Source: a virus (lineage: Duplodnaviria > Caudoviricetes). From it: a stretch of 64,000 nucleotides of DNA. Of this stretch, positions 7,742 to 15,896 are shown piece by piece. The position numbers and the translations under genes were made by a program. The notes below the pieces were generated by a model. It was not told the origin of the DNA, did not search any database, and saw only the letters and a list, made by a program, of their open reading frames with translations. Numbering within the stretch: the stretch's first letter is position 1; each line of letters begins with the position of its first letter. The stretch is taken from IMG/VR virus record IMGVR_UViG_2585427681_000002, positions 1,362 to 65,361 of that record. The stretch is one strand, 5' to 3'.

Positions 7742-8302
7742 TTACTGGATAATGCGGCTGCGGACGGGGCGCACGAGACGCTCGACGTCCTTGCCGAAGC
7801 TGAAGAGCCAGCCATACTCAAAGCCCATGTAGTAGGCGCCGTTGGCTGAGTACTGCGTACTCAGGTAGTGCCAACGATCCTCGCGCAGGGTCACCAGCCC
7901 TTCGGCCTTGGCCGCCATCAGCAGCTGCCCTTCCAGGCAAGAAGGGATGTAGGCATCCAGCTCCAGCGCTTTCTTGGCGATCTCGCTGCCGCCCTCGGCC
8001 ATTGCGACGCTATTCGCGTAGCCGTCGCTGTAGCTGCTGGCGCCGGGGATCTCGACGCCATACTCACCCCAGACACCCTCGAATTCGTCGGTGGGAAGGA
8101 TCAGGGCGCGCTCCTGGCCATTGAGCCAGTAGCGCGCAGCGAAGACGCCGCCAAGCAGTGGCTGGCCCAGGGCGGGGAGGTCGGATGCGGCGATGACTTG
8201 CTGATTTGCTTGGGTCATGTGGTGCTCCTTGATGCCGCTTGGCGGCAGGTAGGCATGCAGCTGCCTGCGACGGCACTGCGTTATTTTGTGGATCCGCCTC
8301 AT
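7742..8302 (-). CDS. DGR target protein 2 (DUF1566-like, paralog of target 1); start 8302 (ATGA-coupled) or 8218 (AAGGAG RBS)
   Basis: Shares PxxGxP..GG, GxYGxExxGAxSxxDGxxN and SxQYSA motifs with target 1; C-terminal VR2. Confidence 0.9.
   Translation of the reverse strand: MRRIHKITQCRRRQLHAYLPPSGIKEHHMTQANQQVIAASDLPALGQPLLGGVFAARYWLNGQERALILPTDEFEGVWGEYGVEIPGASSYSDGYANSVAMAEGGSEIAKKALELDAYIPSCLEGQLLMAAKAEGLVTLREDRWHYLSTQYSANGAYYMGFEYGWLFSFGKDVERLVRPVRSRIIQ
7758..7857 (-). repeat. Variable repeat VR2
   Basis: 14 mismatches to TR over 100 nt, all at TR adenines; encodes QYSANGAYYMGFEYGWLFSFGKDVERLVRPVR. Confidence 0.97.
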
Positions 8303-8760
8303 GCCGCAGCTTTCTCCTGGTGCCATGCGCCGACAGCCTCGAAGACCGCAGCGGCCTGAGCCTCGTCCACGGTCACGATGCTGGGAATCGCCAGCCAGGC
8401 CATGCCGATCCGATGGTTCGGATTGCACTCGTCGCTGACCTGTTTGTAGAAGTGCTGGATGAGGTCGGTGAGCTTCTCGGCCAGGTGGACGCCTTCGGGA
8501 CTGAACTCCAGCGACTTCGTGTACTCCTCGCCATCCTGGCCGATGCACAGGCCGGCGATGTAGATCGTCCAGCGGTGCGGGATTTCGCACATAGCGTCGA
8601 CGATCCGGCGGCTGCTGACGTTCTTGCAGTTCCTCCAGTTGACCAGGCCCTGCTTGCCGCTGGGGTCGATGTTGACGACGGCGACGTGGTTGCTGGAGAG
8701 GAGGGCACGGCAGGCACGTTCGATGCGAGCACGGAAGTTGTGAGGCTTGCGCTTGCTCAT
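8299..8760 (-). CDS. Hypothetical phage protein
   Basis: Stop/start overlaps with both neighbours. Confidence 0.8.
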   Translation of the reverse strand: MSKRKPHNFRARIERACRALLSSNHVAVVNIDPSGKQGLVNWRNCKNVSSRRIVDAMCEIPHRWTIYIAGLCIGQDGEEYTKSLEFSPEGVHLAEKLTDLIQHFYKQVSDECNPNHRIGMAWLAIPSIVTVDEAQAAAVFEAVGAWHQEKAAA

Positions 8761-8987
8761 AAGTCGTCCGCCATTTTCCGCAGCCTCGCCCGCTCGGCGG
8801 CGGTAGGACGTTGACGCTTGCGGACCAGGACCGTCTCCGGGTCGATCTTGTCGCTCCGCACCGGGAGCGGGAGAGCAGGGCAGTCACCCAGCTGGATCAT
8901 CTGCCGGCCAGATGCGAAGAAGGCAGCTTTCGCTGCCTCCAGTTGTGCCTGACGCTCAGCGCCGGCGAGGATGTAGTTGTTGGTCAT
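8757..8987 (-). CDS. Hypothetical phage protein (76 aa)
   Basis: AAGG RBS; ATG overlaps the exonuclease stop. Confidence 0.75.
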   Translation of the reverse strand: MTNNYILAGAERQAQLEAAKAAFFASGRQMIQLGDCPALPLPVRSDKIDPETVLVRKRQRPTAAERARLRKMADDL

Positions 8988-9751
8988 GCTGCCTTGCTCC
9001 TCAGCTTCGCCTCGTAGTCGTCGACGAGCAGTTTGAATTCCCATAGGTCCTGTTCCAGCGCCTCGATGTAGTCATCGTCACGCTTGAACTCGCGAAGCCA
9101 GAGCTGGCGGCCCACAGGCTTGAGAAGCGGGCAATACATCCCGATGTGCCACCACTTCCTGCCGGTGATCCACATGCAGCCCTGGACCTGGTCGATCACG
9201 TCGCTGGCATCGTTGTCGATGTGGAAGGCCCGGAGTTTGTCCGGGGCGAGGAAGCATTTGTACTCGCTGCCGCCATCGTCGTTGATGAAGCCGTCAGCGC
9301 TGGCACCGAACGCCCCGTCATCGGTCTTCACCAGTCCGACCTGCGTCACGACCAGGCCTGTCTGGATTTCGTGCTCCATCCTGGCTTCCGGTTCGAGCTC
9401 ATGGCCGCGGCGCATCTGCCAGGTTTCGAAGCCTCCATCCAAAGGCTTGCCACCGATCCGCTCTACCGCCAGCTCGAAGGCGTAGGTGAGGGCGGCGTTG
9501 GATGGCTCGCCAACCTTCTCGCCATCCAGGGCGCGCTGGACAACCTCGGCTTTCGGGGCGGCTTTGTAGCCGGCCAGTTCACGCGCCCTGGCTTCAGTGC
9601 GGCCGGCGAGGAGGGCTTCGACATAGGTCCGCTGCTGGGTGGTCAGGCCGTTCACTTTGGAGCGTGCGGTACTGAACATGCTCGCGGTGATGGTCCCGGC
9701 GCGGCCCTCAAGCCATTCCTGAGACCCTTGTACACAGTTGATGACGATCAT
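8984..9751 (-). CDS. YqaJ/lambda-exonuclease-family recombination nuclease
   Basis: QGSQEWLEGRAGTITAS, RGHELEP, GASADG, SEYKC, QVQGCMW motifs. Confidence 0.92.
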   Translation of the reverse strand: MIVINCVQGSQEWLEGRAGTITASMFSTARSKVNGLTTQQRTYVEALLAGRTEARARELAGYKAAPKAEVVQRALDGEKVGEPSNAALTYAFELAVERIGGKPLDGGFETWQMRRGHELEPEARMEHEIQTGLVVTQVGLVKTDDGAFGASADGFINDDGGSEYKCFLAPDKLRAFHIDNDASDVIDQVQGCMWITGRKWWHIGMYCPLLKPVGRQLWLREFKRDDDYIEALEQDLWEFKLLVDDYEAKLRSKAA

Positions 9752-10506
9752 GCGGCTGCCTCCAGTTGTTTTCCTTTGGCCACCACAGCGGCCTTGACCT
9801 GTTCGTAACCCTGCTTGTCGTTGGCGCTGCGCAGCTCGACAACCGCTACTTTCCAGACTTCCGTCAGGGCCTCCGGGTTCGGGGCGCTGGCAACGCGGTC
9901 GAGGATGTCGGGAACCAGTAGCTGCTGGGCGGCGTCGGTGTTGATCTCCCCGGCGCCTTGGCCGTCGTCATCCCGCATCTCGCTGGTGGTGATGTTGAGC
10001 AAGGCGCACATCACGTACCGTTTGCCGTAGGTCGTGGATGATCCAACCGCCTGGACTGCATTGCGGCCTTTGCCGATATCGACGGGCAGCAGCATCGTTG
10101 TCTGTTCGCGGTGTCCGTCACGGTGCATGAGGATTCCGGTGATGCTGACCCCAGCGCCCGTGTGCTCGACCTTGAAACTGATCGCGAACCCGTGGGTTTG
10201 CATGATCGGCTTGAGCGTGGTGTTGATGTCGTCGAGCGTGGCGTAAGTCTTTTCGGTGTGCTCGTTCAGCGCGCCATGCCCCACCGTAGGGATTTCGCAC
10301 TGCATTTCCGCCATGGCGGCGTTGAACGCGGCCTCTGCGGCCTTGGCCTGCATCCGCTCGTGCATCGCCAGCAGGCGCTCCATTTTCTCGATGTCGCAGG
10401 TTGGGTCGGCTGCCGCGCGGCTGATGACAGCCAGGATGCTGGTGTCAGCTGGTGGCGGAGCGACCGCTGGCCGGCGTTGTTCCGGCAGGATGATGGGGCT
10501 GGTCAT
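9748..10506 (-). CDS. erf: ERF-family single-strand annealing protein
   Basis: YATLDDI and QAVGSSTTYGKRY motifs; adjacent to the exonuclease. Confidence 0.9.
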   Translation of the reverse strand: MTSPIILPEQRRPAVAPPPADTSILAVISRAAADPTCDIEKMERLLAMHERMQAKAAEAAFNAAMAEMQCEIPTVGHGALNEHTEKTYATLDDINTTLKPIMQTHGFAISFKVEHTGAGVSITGILMHRDGHREQTTMLLPVDIGKGRNAVQAVGSSTTYGKRYVMCALLNITTSEMRDDDGQGAGEINTDAAQQLLVPDILDRVASAPNPEALTEVWKVAVVELRSANDKQGYEQVKAAVVAKGKQLEAAA

Positions 10507-10516
10507 GGTGACGGCC

Positions 10517-11617
10517 TCAATACTGGATGGTGACGTTGGGGATTTTGCGCTGAGCGATCAGGGTGACCGCTTGCTTCGCGCAGGCCTCTGGCATGCCGCC
10601 CTCGATGAAGGCTTCCAGGGCGGTGCGATTGATGGCGCGGCGGTGCTCTTCATCGCGCTCACGGGCTTCTTGCTGGCTCAGGATCACTGCGGCAGCGGCA
10701 TCAGCACGACGCCGTTCGTCCTGGCGGGCCTGTTCGGCGGCCTGCTCAGCTCGCCGGGCGGCAGCTACACGTTCTTCCTCGGCTTGACGGAGGGCGGCTT
10801 GACGGTCGATTTCCGCCTGTGCCGCGGCGCGCTCCGCTTGCTCAGCCTGCAGTTTCAGTTCCAGCTCGCGGCGGTCAGCGGCGGCCTTCGCTTCCTGTTC
10901 CCGGCGCTGAACGGCCTCCCGTTCGGCCTGGGCTTTCTGCTCAGCCTCAAGGCGAGCTTTTTCTGCGGCCTCGCGAGCAATACGCTCTTCGCGGTCTTTC
11001 TTCTCGCGGGCTTCAGCCTCGGCGCGCAGGCGGGCCAGTTCTGCCTGCTCGGCTTCGTACTGCTCACGCTTGGCCAGAGCTGAGCGGAGGGCGGTCAGGA
11101 CCTTGTCCTTCTCGCGCGCTGCCTCCGACTCGAATTCCTCCCAGTGCTCGCCGATCTCCATACCTTCTGCTTCTGCGATCAGCCCTTTGATGTGCAGGGA
11201 GCCCAGTTCACTGAGGTCGTCCGCCAGTGACTTCAACCAGGTCAGGCGCTCGTTGTGCTTGTCGATCCTGGCGTCCTCAGCGGCCTGCCACTCGTTCAGC
11301 GGCCGGCGTACCTCTTCTTGCCAGGCATCCAGCGTATCGCGCATCCGCTTGCGTTCGGCGTCGATCTTCTTCGGGATTTCCTTGAGGTCGGCGACCAGTT
11401 CCTTGCCGACGTTGTCCAGCGCCGTCTTGGAACGAGCCACGCTGTAAGCGATCGAGGCGATGGCCTCGCGCCCCTTGCGGGTGCTGACGTCTGGCACGAA
11501 GGCGTCGAGTTCGGCGCGAATCTTTTGAAGGAACGGGTCCAGGCCATTGGCAGCCTGGAATACCTGGAGGGCCGTTTCTTTCGGCGGCACCTCGACGAGT
11601 TGGGTTTGTGCAGACAT
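10517..11617 (-). CDS. Coiled-coil phage protein (E/A/R-rich)
   Basis: GGAG RBS, start MSAQTQLVEV; long heptad region. Confidence 0.85.
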   Translation of the reverse strand: MSAQTQLVEVPPKETALQVFQAANGLDPFLQKIRAELDAFVPDVSTRKGREAIASIAYSVARSKTALDNVGKELVADLKEIPKKIDAERKRMRDTLDAWQEEVRRPLNEWQAAEDARIDKHNERLTWLKSLADDLSELGSLHIKGLIAEAEGMEIGEHWEEFESEAAREKDKVLTALRSALAKREQYEAEQAELARLRAEAEAREKKDREERIAREAAEKARLEAEQKAQAEREAVQRREQEAKAAADRRELELKLQAEQAERAAAQAEIDRQAALRQAEEERVAAARRAEQAAEQARQDERRRADAAAAVILSQQEARERDEEHRRAINRTALEAFIEGGMPEACAKQAVTLIAQRKIPNVTIQY

Positions 11618-11800
11618 TGGAGTGCCTCGCGCCAGGGCGGCGCCTTCAGTTGGGGAAGTGGGGATTGGGGAATGCCAAGTCACGCCCGTGAAGTCAGGCG
11701 GGCAGCCCTGGCTGCCGGTGATATTTGCGCGCTCTTGCCGGCCTACGCTCCACTCAGGGTACGGTTATCGCCGAAGCGCCCGCCGTGCTCGGGTGTGTAT

Positions 11801-11917
11801 TCAGGAAGTGATGTTGCCGGCCAGGGCGCTCAGGAGTAGCCAGCCGGTGCAGAAGGTCAGAGCGATGAATGAGCCGCGCCAGGTGGCGAATCGGCGGGCA
11901 CGCTGGCGGTTGGTCAT
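11801..11917 (-). CDS. 38-aa membrane peptide (MTNRQRARRF...)
   Basis: Read by hand; ATGA overlap; hydrophobic C-terminal half. Confidence 0.6.
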   Translation of the reverse strand: MTNRQRARRFATWRGSFIALTFCTGWLLLSALAGNITS

Positions 11918-12270
11918 GGCGAGGGCCTCAGATGCTTGCGCACAAGCTCGTGCAAAGCCTTGCCGTCACGACTTATGCGTTGGCCGCGCAACTGCCATTT
12001 TCGAGTGCTTGGCCAGCAATCGATGACCTTGTTGCCGGGAAGCTTCAGCACAACGTGGTAGCCGTCATTGTGCTTCGAGTGCTGAACACCGGTATTGCTC
12101 AGCCAAGTTTCGAACCGGGCCATGTTCTCCAGCTTGCGGGCCTTCTTGTCGACCGAATCACCGCCACCGCAGGTGCGGCAGGTCCTGGTGTAGCCAACAT
12201 CCTCGCCTATGTACTCGCAGCACATGGCGCAGTGGCTGCCGTCGGCGATGCTGTCCTCGAAGAAGCTCAT
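11914..12270 (-). CDS. Hypothetical protein with N-terminal CxxC..CxxC
   Basis: CAMCC...CRTCG; GAGG RBS. Confidence 0.75.
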   Translation of the reverse strand: MSFFEDSIADGSHCAMCCEYIGEDVGYTRTCRTCGGGDSVDKKARKLENMARFETWLSNTGVQHSKHNDGYHVVLKLPGNKVIDCWPSTRKWQLRGQRISRDGKALHELVRKHLRPSP

Positions 12271-12488
12271 GCCCTCACCTCATACCCGACTGTCCACTCG
12301 CCGCAGATGCAGGCTCGGCATTTCCAGGCTTGCGGGTTCTCGATGCTGGCCAGTTCGGCCTGCTGAATCGCGGCGGCGAAAGTTGCTCCCTTGAACAGCA
12401 GCAGAGCGCGACCTGCGGGCATGGCATGCGCTTCGGACAATTCTGCTACTTGCTCGTCGATGAGCGACTTCACAACTGGTGTAGTCAT
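12267..12488 (-). CDS. Hypothetical phage protein
   Basis: Overlap-coupled; GGAGG RBS. Confidence 0.75.
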   Translation of the reverse strand: MTTPVVKSLIDEQVAELSEAHAMPAGRALLLFKGATFAAAIQQAELASIENPQAWKCRACICGEWTVGYEVRA

Positions 12489-12676
12489 GCTGCCTCCTGG
12501 CGGGCGCTGACGGTCTTGTTGAGGCGCCCGCAGTGGTGGTCGAATTCGTCGATTGTGATCCGCCCGTCCTTCATCATTTCCACCAGTTGGCGCTGGATGG
12601 TGGCTTCGAACTCAGGCGGCGTCTGGGGATGGCTGAGCGCTTCGAGCTGTTGGTCGATCAGGATATGAGCACTCAT
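12485..12676 (-). CDS. Hypothetical phage protein
   Basis: Overlap-coupled; GGAGG RBS. Confidence 0.7.
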   Translation of the reverse strand: MSAHILIDQQLEALSHPQTPPEFEATIQRQLVEMMKDGRITIDEFDHHCGRLNKTVSARQEAA

Positions 12677-12678
12677 GA

Positions 12679-13089
12679 TCAGATATCCTCCGAGTCAGCG
12701 ATCACCCCATCCTCTGCCAGAGGCTCAACGAGACGGTCTGCAATCTCGCGCAGAGCTTCGATAGCAGAAGGGCGCCCGAGGAGGTTCTCGGCAACTTCTC
12801 TCCCGTCGCGCGGACTGCAGAGGGCGGACCATACAAGCTGGCCCAGAGCTGAGGGCGATGCCCCGAAACCCTCAAGGCAACTCATCGCAAGCTCATCGAG
12901 CTGCTCGGCAAACTGCTCGAAAGTGACCTGCCTTGCAGGCTTGCCGCTGCGCTTGACCGTGACATCGCCACCCGCCAGCAGTCGGTCGGAGGCATGCTCG
13001 ATCCACGCCTGAACAGCGTTGCCGTGGGCAGAATCATCATCCGGCTCGGCGTTGTCGTAGCGCCATTGTGCTGCTTGAAGTGCGCTCAT
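12679..13089 (-). CDS. Hypothetical phage protein
   Basis: GGAGG RBS before MSALQAAQWRYD. Confidence 0.75.
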   Translation of the reverse strand: MSALQAAQWRYDNAEPDDDSAHGNAVQAWIEHASDRLLAGGDVTVKRSGKPARQVTFEQFAEQLDELAMSCLEGFGASPSALGQLVWSALCSPRDGREVAENLLGRPSAIEALREIADRLVEPLAEDGVIADSEDI

Positions 13090-13113
13090 GGCGTCCTCCA
13101 GTTGGTTGAGTGG

Positions 13114-13185
13114 CCGCATTGGTCAGGAGCCAGGCGCGGGTGACCAAACCCACCGTGAAAGGTGGCCTGGCGCCTGCCAATGCGG
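13114..13185 (-). ncRNA. Structured leader element A (long stem with inner hairpins)
   Basis: CCGCATTGGCAGGCGCCAGGC pairs with GCCTGGCTCCTGACCAATGCGG. Confidence 0.5.
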
Positions 13186-13251
13186 TCGAGTGAAGGGGGG
13201 GAATGCCCGCTGCTATATTCCAGTGAGTCGATCATCGATAAGGAGATCCAA

Positions 13252-13479
13252 ATGAGCTGGGATGAGAGCAGGCGCAAAGCAACTTGCGCTCAATGCGGGC
13301 ATCAGGGAGTCCAGATCGCCCGCTCGGACGATTGGGGAAGATCCGAAGACAGATGGGATGGCTTTGACACCGTGCCCGCCAATGACTACGAGTATCATCG
13401 CGGCCGATCCCAAGCCCATGTCCCGATCTGCAAATGCGGGAGCCGGAGCATCGAAATTGGCCCGGTGATATCCCCGTAA
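13252..13479 (+). CDS. Moron: 75-aa Zn-ribbon-like protein with its own promoter
   Basis: CAQC...CKC; AAGGAG RBS; extended -10 TGCTATATT at 13211-13219; hairpin after the stop. Confidence 0.7.
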   Translation: MSWDESRRKATCAQCGHQGVQIARSDDWGRSEDRWDGFDTVPANDYEYHRGRSQAHVPICKCGSRSIEIGPVISP

Positions 13480-13601
13480 CAGAAGGCCCGAAAACCTTGG
13501 GCCCGAGTGTCAAAGTTGCAGGCGCCCGGCACCACCCGGGATGTATCTGGCCTAGCCCTTATGGGCTCCGGATTCGCCTGCGTGACGGAGTAAGGTGCAA
13601 T

Positions 13602-14450
13602 TCAATTGCGAGGTTGCGATCCAGCTGCAGCGATCGCATCCCTGAGGGCCTGCAACTGGCTGGCGGGGAGCTCGCCAACGAGCTCATGCGGAATCGCGTC
13701 AAGCAGGGCGCTCGCCGCTGTATGCACAGCTTCCAGTTTGGGTCGCGAGATTGACGGCCCGCGCATCGTGCCGGCGGTGACCTTCGTCTTGCCTTTGGCT
13801 TGGGCCCTCTCCAGTTCGGCGCCGAGCACCTTGCCGGCGTCTTCACCGTGAGCGCGCACAACCTGGGCAGCTGTCGTCGCGGAGACCTGCCCTGCTGCGA
13901 CCAAGCTCTGCACGTCGGTGTTCGCATTACCGACGGTGACCACCTGCTCGACGTGCTGTCGGGTCTTGCCGACTTTCTTGGCGATCTGGTCGACAGTCCA
14001 GCCGAAGGCTTTGAGGCGCTTGTAGCCCTCGGCCAGTTCAAGCGGGGAGAGCTTTTCGTTCTCCTGGCTGGAGATGATCCGGGCCACTCGATCGGCATCG
14101 CTGCCTTCGAATGCGACAACCGGAATCCAGGCCTCCAGGATGTCTGGGTTGTCCTTGTTCGGCGTGCGCGGGAGGCGACCGGCCTTGTCCAGCTTGATCA
14201 GTGCGCGGCGCCGGCGGTGACCGTCGACTACCCATACGCCGCCCTCCGCCCGCGGGCGAACCTCCAGCGGGGGAATCTGGCCGCCGCCGGCGATGAACTC
14301 AGCCAGCAACGCGATGCTCTGCTTGAGTGCGGGACCTTCGGTGCGCAGGTTGAAGCCCGGCTCTTCATGAAGGTCTTCGAGCTGGACTTTCATGGCGTCC
14401 GCGCGCCGGACCTCGCCATCCTTGATCATTTGCTTGAACGATTTGGCCAT
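13602..14450 (-). CDS. ParB/Srx-like N-terminal domain protein
   Basis: VVDGHRRRRAL and SQENEKLSPLELAEGYKRL followed by an HTH. Confidence 0.85.
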   Translation of the reverse strand: MAKSFKQMIKDGEVRRADAMKVQLEDLHEEPGFNLRTEGPALKQSIALLAEFIAGGGQIPPLEVRPRAEGGVWVVDGHRRRRALIKLDKAGRLPRTPNKDNPDILEAWIPVVAFEGSDADRVARIISSQENEKLSPLELAEGYKRLKAFGWTVDQIAKKVGKTRQHVEQVVTVGNANTDVQSLVAAGQVSATTAAQVVRAHGEDAGKVLGAELERAQAKGKTKVTAGTMRGPSISRPKLEAVHTAASALLDAIPHELVGELPASQLQALRDAIAAAGSQPRN

Positions 14451-14471
14451 GCAATTGTTTTCCGTTGAAGT

Positions 14472-14576
14472 GGCTGCATTGGTTGTGTGACCCAGTTCGC
14501 GGAGTCGAACCGCGTCAACCGGTGTAGCCCTCGCCGCTGATCAAGCGGCCTGACTGGGTCACACACCGATGCAGCC
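14472..14576 (-). ncRNA. tRNA-like structured element B with a canonical T-arm
   Basis: About 24-bp closing stem, GCCGC-7-GCGGC hairpin, and CGCGG-TTCGACT-CCGCG T-arm. Confidence 0.55.
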
Positions 14577-14779
14577 TGGCGATAGGAGCCAGGAGATCGG
14601 GCCAGTCTGTTCCTGGCAGTCAAGGGATAGGCGCCGGTTACGCTGTCCGGCTCCAGCGCTCTATGGGGCTTGCGCCACGGTCGAACTGGACGGTTTGGCA
14701 AATCACGACGCGGGCCAATTTCTGCAAGCTGGCCATGCTTCGCCGGCAGTTAACGACAGGCTGTCGCGGCGCTGGTTGT

Positions 14780-15052
14780 TCAGTCGTCCTTTTCCTGGAC
14801 TAGCATCTTCTCGATGTCTGCCGGGTTCGGTTTTTTCCAGTTTTTGATCTGCCCCGTTTCCAGGTCGATGTTCAGGATCAGATAGTCGCCGTAGTGCTCG
14901 CCCGGGAAGAAACCGGGAACGTAGCCCTCGTAGCTGCCCACTTCTTCGCCCTGTGCGTCCTGCAGTCCTGCTGCAAATCTGTCGCGCACCTTGATGTGAA
15001 GGCGAAGCTCTGTCACGTCGACCTGAACCGTTTTCTGCTGATTGATCTGCAT
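14780..15052 (-). CDS. Hypothetical phage protein
   Basis: CGAGG RBS; acidic 90 aa. Confidence 0.75.
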   Translation of the reverse strand: MQINQQKTVQVDVTELRLHIKVRDRFAAGLQDAQGEEVGSYEGYVPGFFPGEHYGDYLILNIDLETGQIKNWKKPNPADIEKMLVQEKDD

Positions 15053-15068
15053 GCTGCATTCCTCGGTT

Positions 15069-15113
15069 GATTTCCCGTCTGGTCCTCAACCTCGAAGGCC
15101 AGCCGGTGAAATC
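15069..15113 (-). promoter_or_regulatory. GATTTCAC-hairpin-GGGAAATC leader, copy 1
   Basis: Same architecture as 15897-15939, directly before the SD. Confidence 0.5.
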
Positions 15114-15300
15114 AGTGAGAGGCGAATCTGCGGTTCCAGCGCTCGACCAATTTGAGAGCTCTCCCTCGCGACTTCACAAAACGAACTGGGCGTATCTCAT
15201 TTTCCTGGGCGCAGGGCAGTGAACTGCATTCGGTGTCACTCCATGTCTTTGAGATGGCCCATCCCTTGCTCACACTGTGACCCTCGCAGTAGAGCTTCAT
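15112..15300 (-). CDS. Small hypothetical protein
   Basis: ATGA overlap with the upstream ORF. Confidence 0.5.
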   Translation of the reverse strand: MKLYCEGHSVSKGWAISKTWSDTECSSLPCAQENEIRPVRFVKSRGRALKLVERWNRRFASH

Positions 15301-15482
15301 GCCGTGAACAACTCTTGCTGCTGGGGTGTCGGATTCAGGAAAGCCACCAGTTGGTTCGTGGACCACTCCGTGACGTCGGTCCAGTCGGGATGCAGAACCT
15401 TGAGCACGGTCGGGTGTAGCCACCTGCCTTGCTGCTTGTCGGGGCTGATGCAGAACTTGAAGCCCTGGTCCCGCAGGTTCAT
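15297..15482 (-). CDS. Small hypothetical phage protein
   Basis: GGAGG RBS, overlap-coupled. Confidence 0.7.
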   Translation of the reverse strand: MNLRDQGFKFCISPDKQQGRWLHPTVLKVLHPDWTDVTEWSTNQLVAFLNPTPQQQELFTA

Positions 15483-15664
15483 GCCGCCTCCTTGCAGTCA
15501 GATGCGGTCATGCGCTGACCGTCTTCCAGCTCGACCACGCACACGCCATTGCGGTAGCCGCGCTCCGTGTTGAGCCGGTTCGCCTCGCGGATGCAGGCAG
15601 CCAAGTCGCTGTCGGTGAACACCTGCAGCTCGCCGCGCAGGGTGATGCGAATGACCCTGTTCAT
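15479..15664 (-). CDS. Small hypothetical phage protein
   Basis: GGAGG RBS, overlap-coupled. Confidence 0.7.
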   Translation of the reverse strand: MNRVIRITLRGELQVFTDSDLAACIREANRLNTERGYRNGVCVVELEDGQRMTASDCKEAA

Positions 15665-15879
15665 GCTGCCTCCAGAGCCTGCTGGGCCAGCAGCTCAGTA
15701 ACAGCCTCGGCCGGCGTGCAGCCGTCGGCGTAGAGGTCATGCAGGTCGCTTTCTTCTCGCGAGCCCAGGCCTACCTGATTGCCAAGCAGCGCGGACGCCT
15801 TGTCGATCCAGCGGTAGTAGGTGCGCTCTTCAGCGTCTGCGCGGCATTCATCAGCCGCCATGGTTGCCATGTTGAACAT
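15661..15879 (-). CDS. First gene of the early-left operon, hypothetical
   Basis: GGAGG RBS. Confidence 0.7.
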   Translation of the reverse strand: MFNMATMAADECRADAEERTYYRWIDKASALLGNQVGLGSREESDLHDLYADGCTPAEAVTELLAQQALEAA

Positions 15880-15896
15880 CGTGAATCCCTCCGTTT

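Larger units (their letters stand above)
5266..8302 (-). mobile_element. Diversity-generating retroelement cassette: target2-target1-avd-TR-RT
   Basis: DGR-type RT, Avd, one TR and two VRs with adenine-only mismatches. Confidence 0.97.

Noticed and set aside
7621-7821. N-terminal extension of target 1 starting inside VR2 (ORF track 7033-7821)
   Set aside because: There is a strong AGGAG RBS at the 7620 ATG and the extension is low-complexity. It is probably an open-frame by-product of the VR sequence.
14472-14576. A true tRNA gene
   Set aside because: No anticodon arm and no CCA or acceptor end; kept only as a tRNA-like element.
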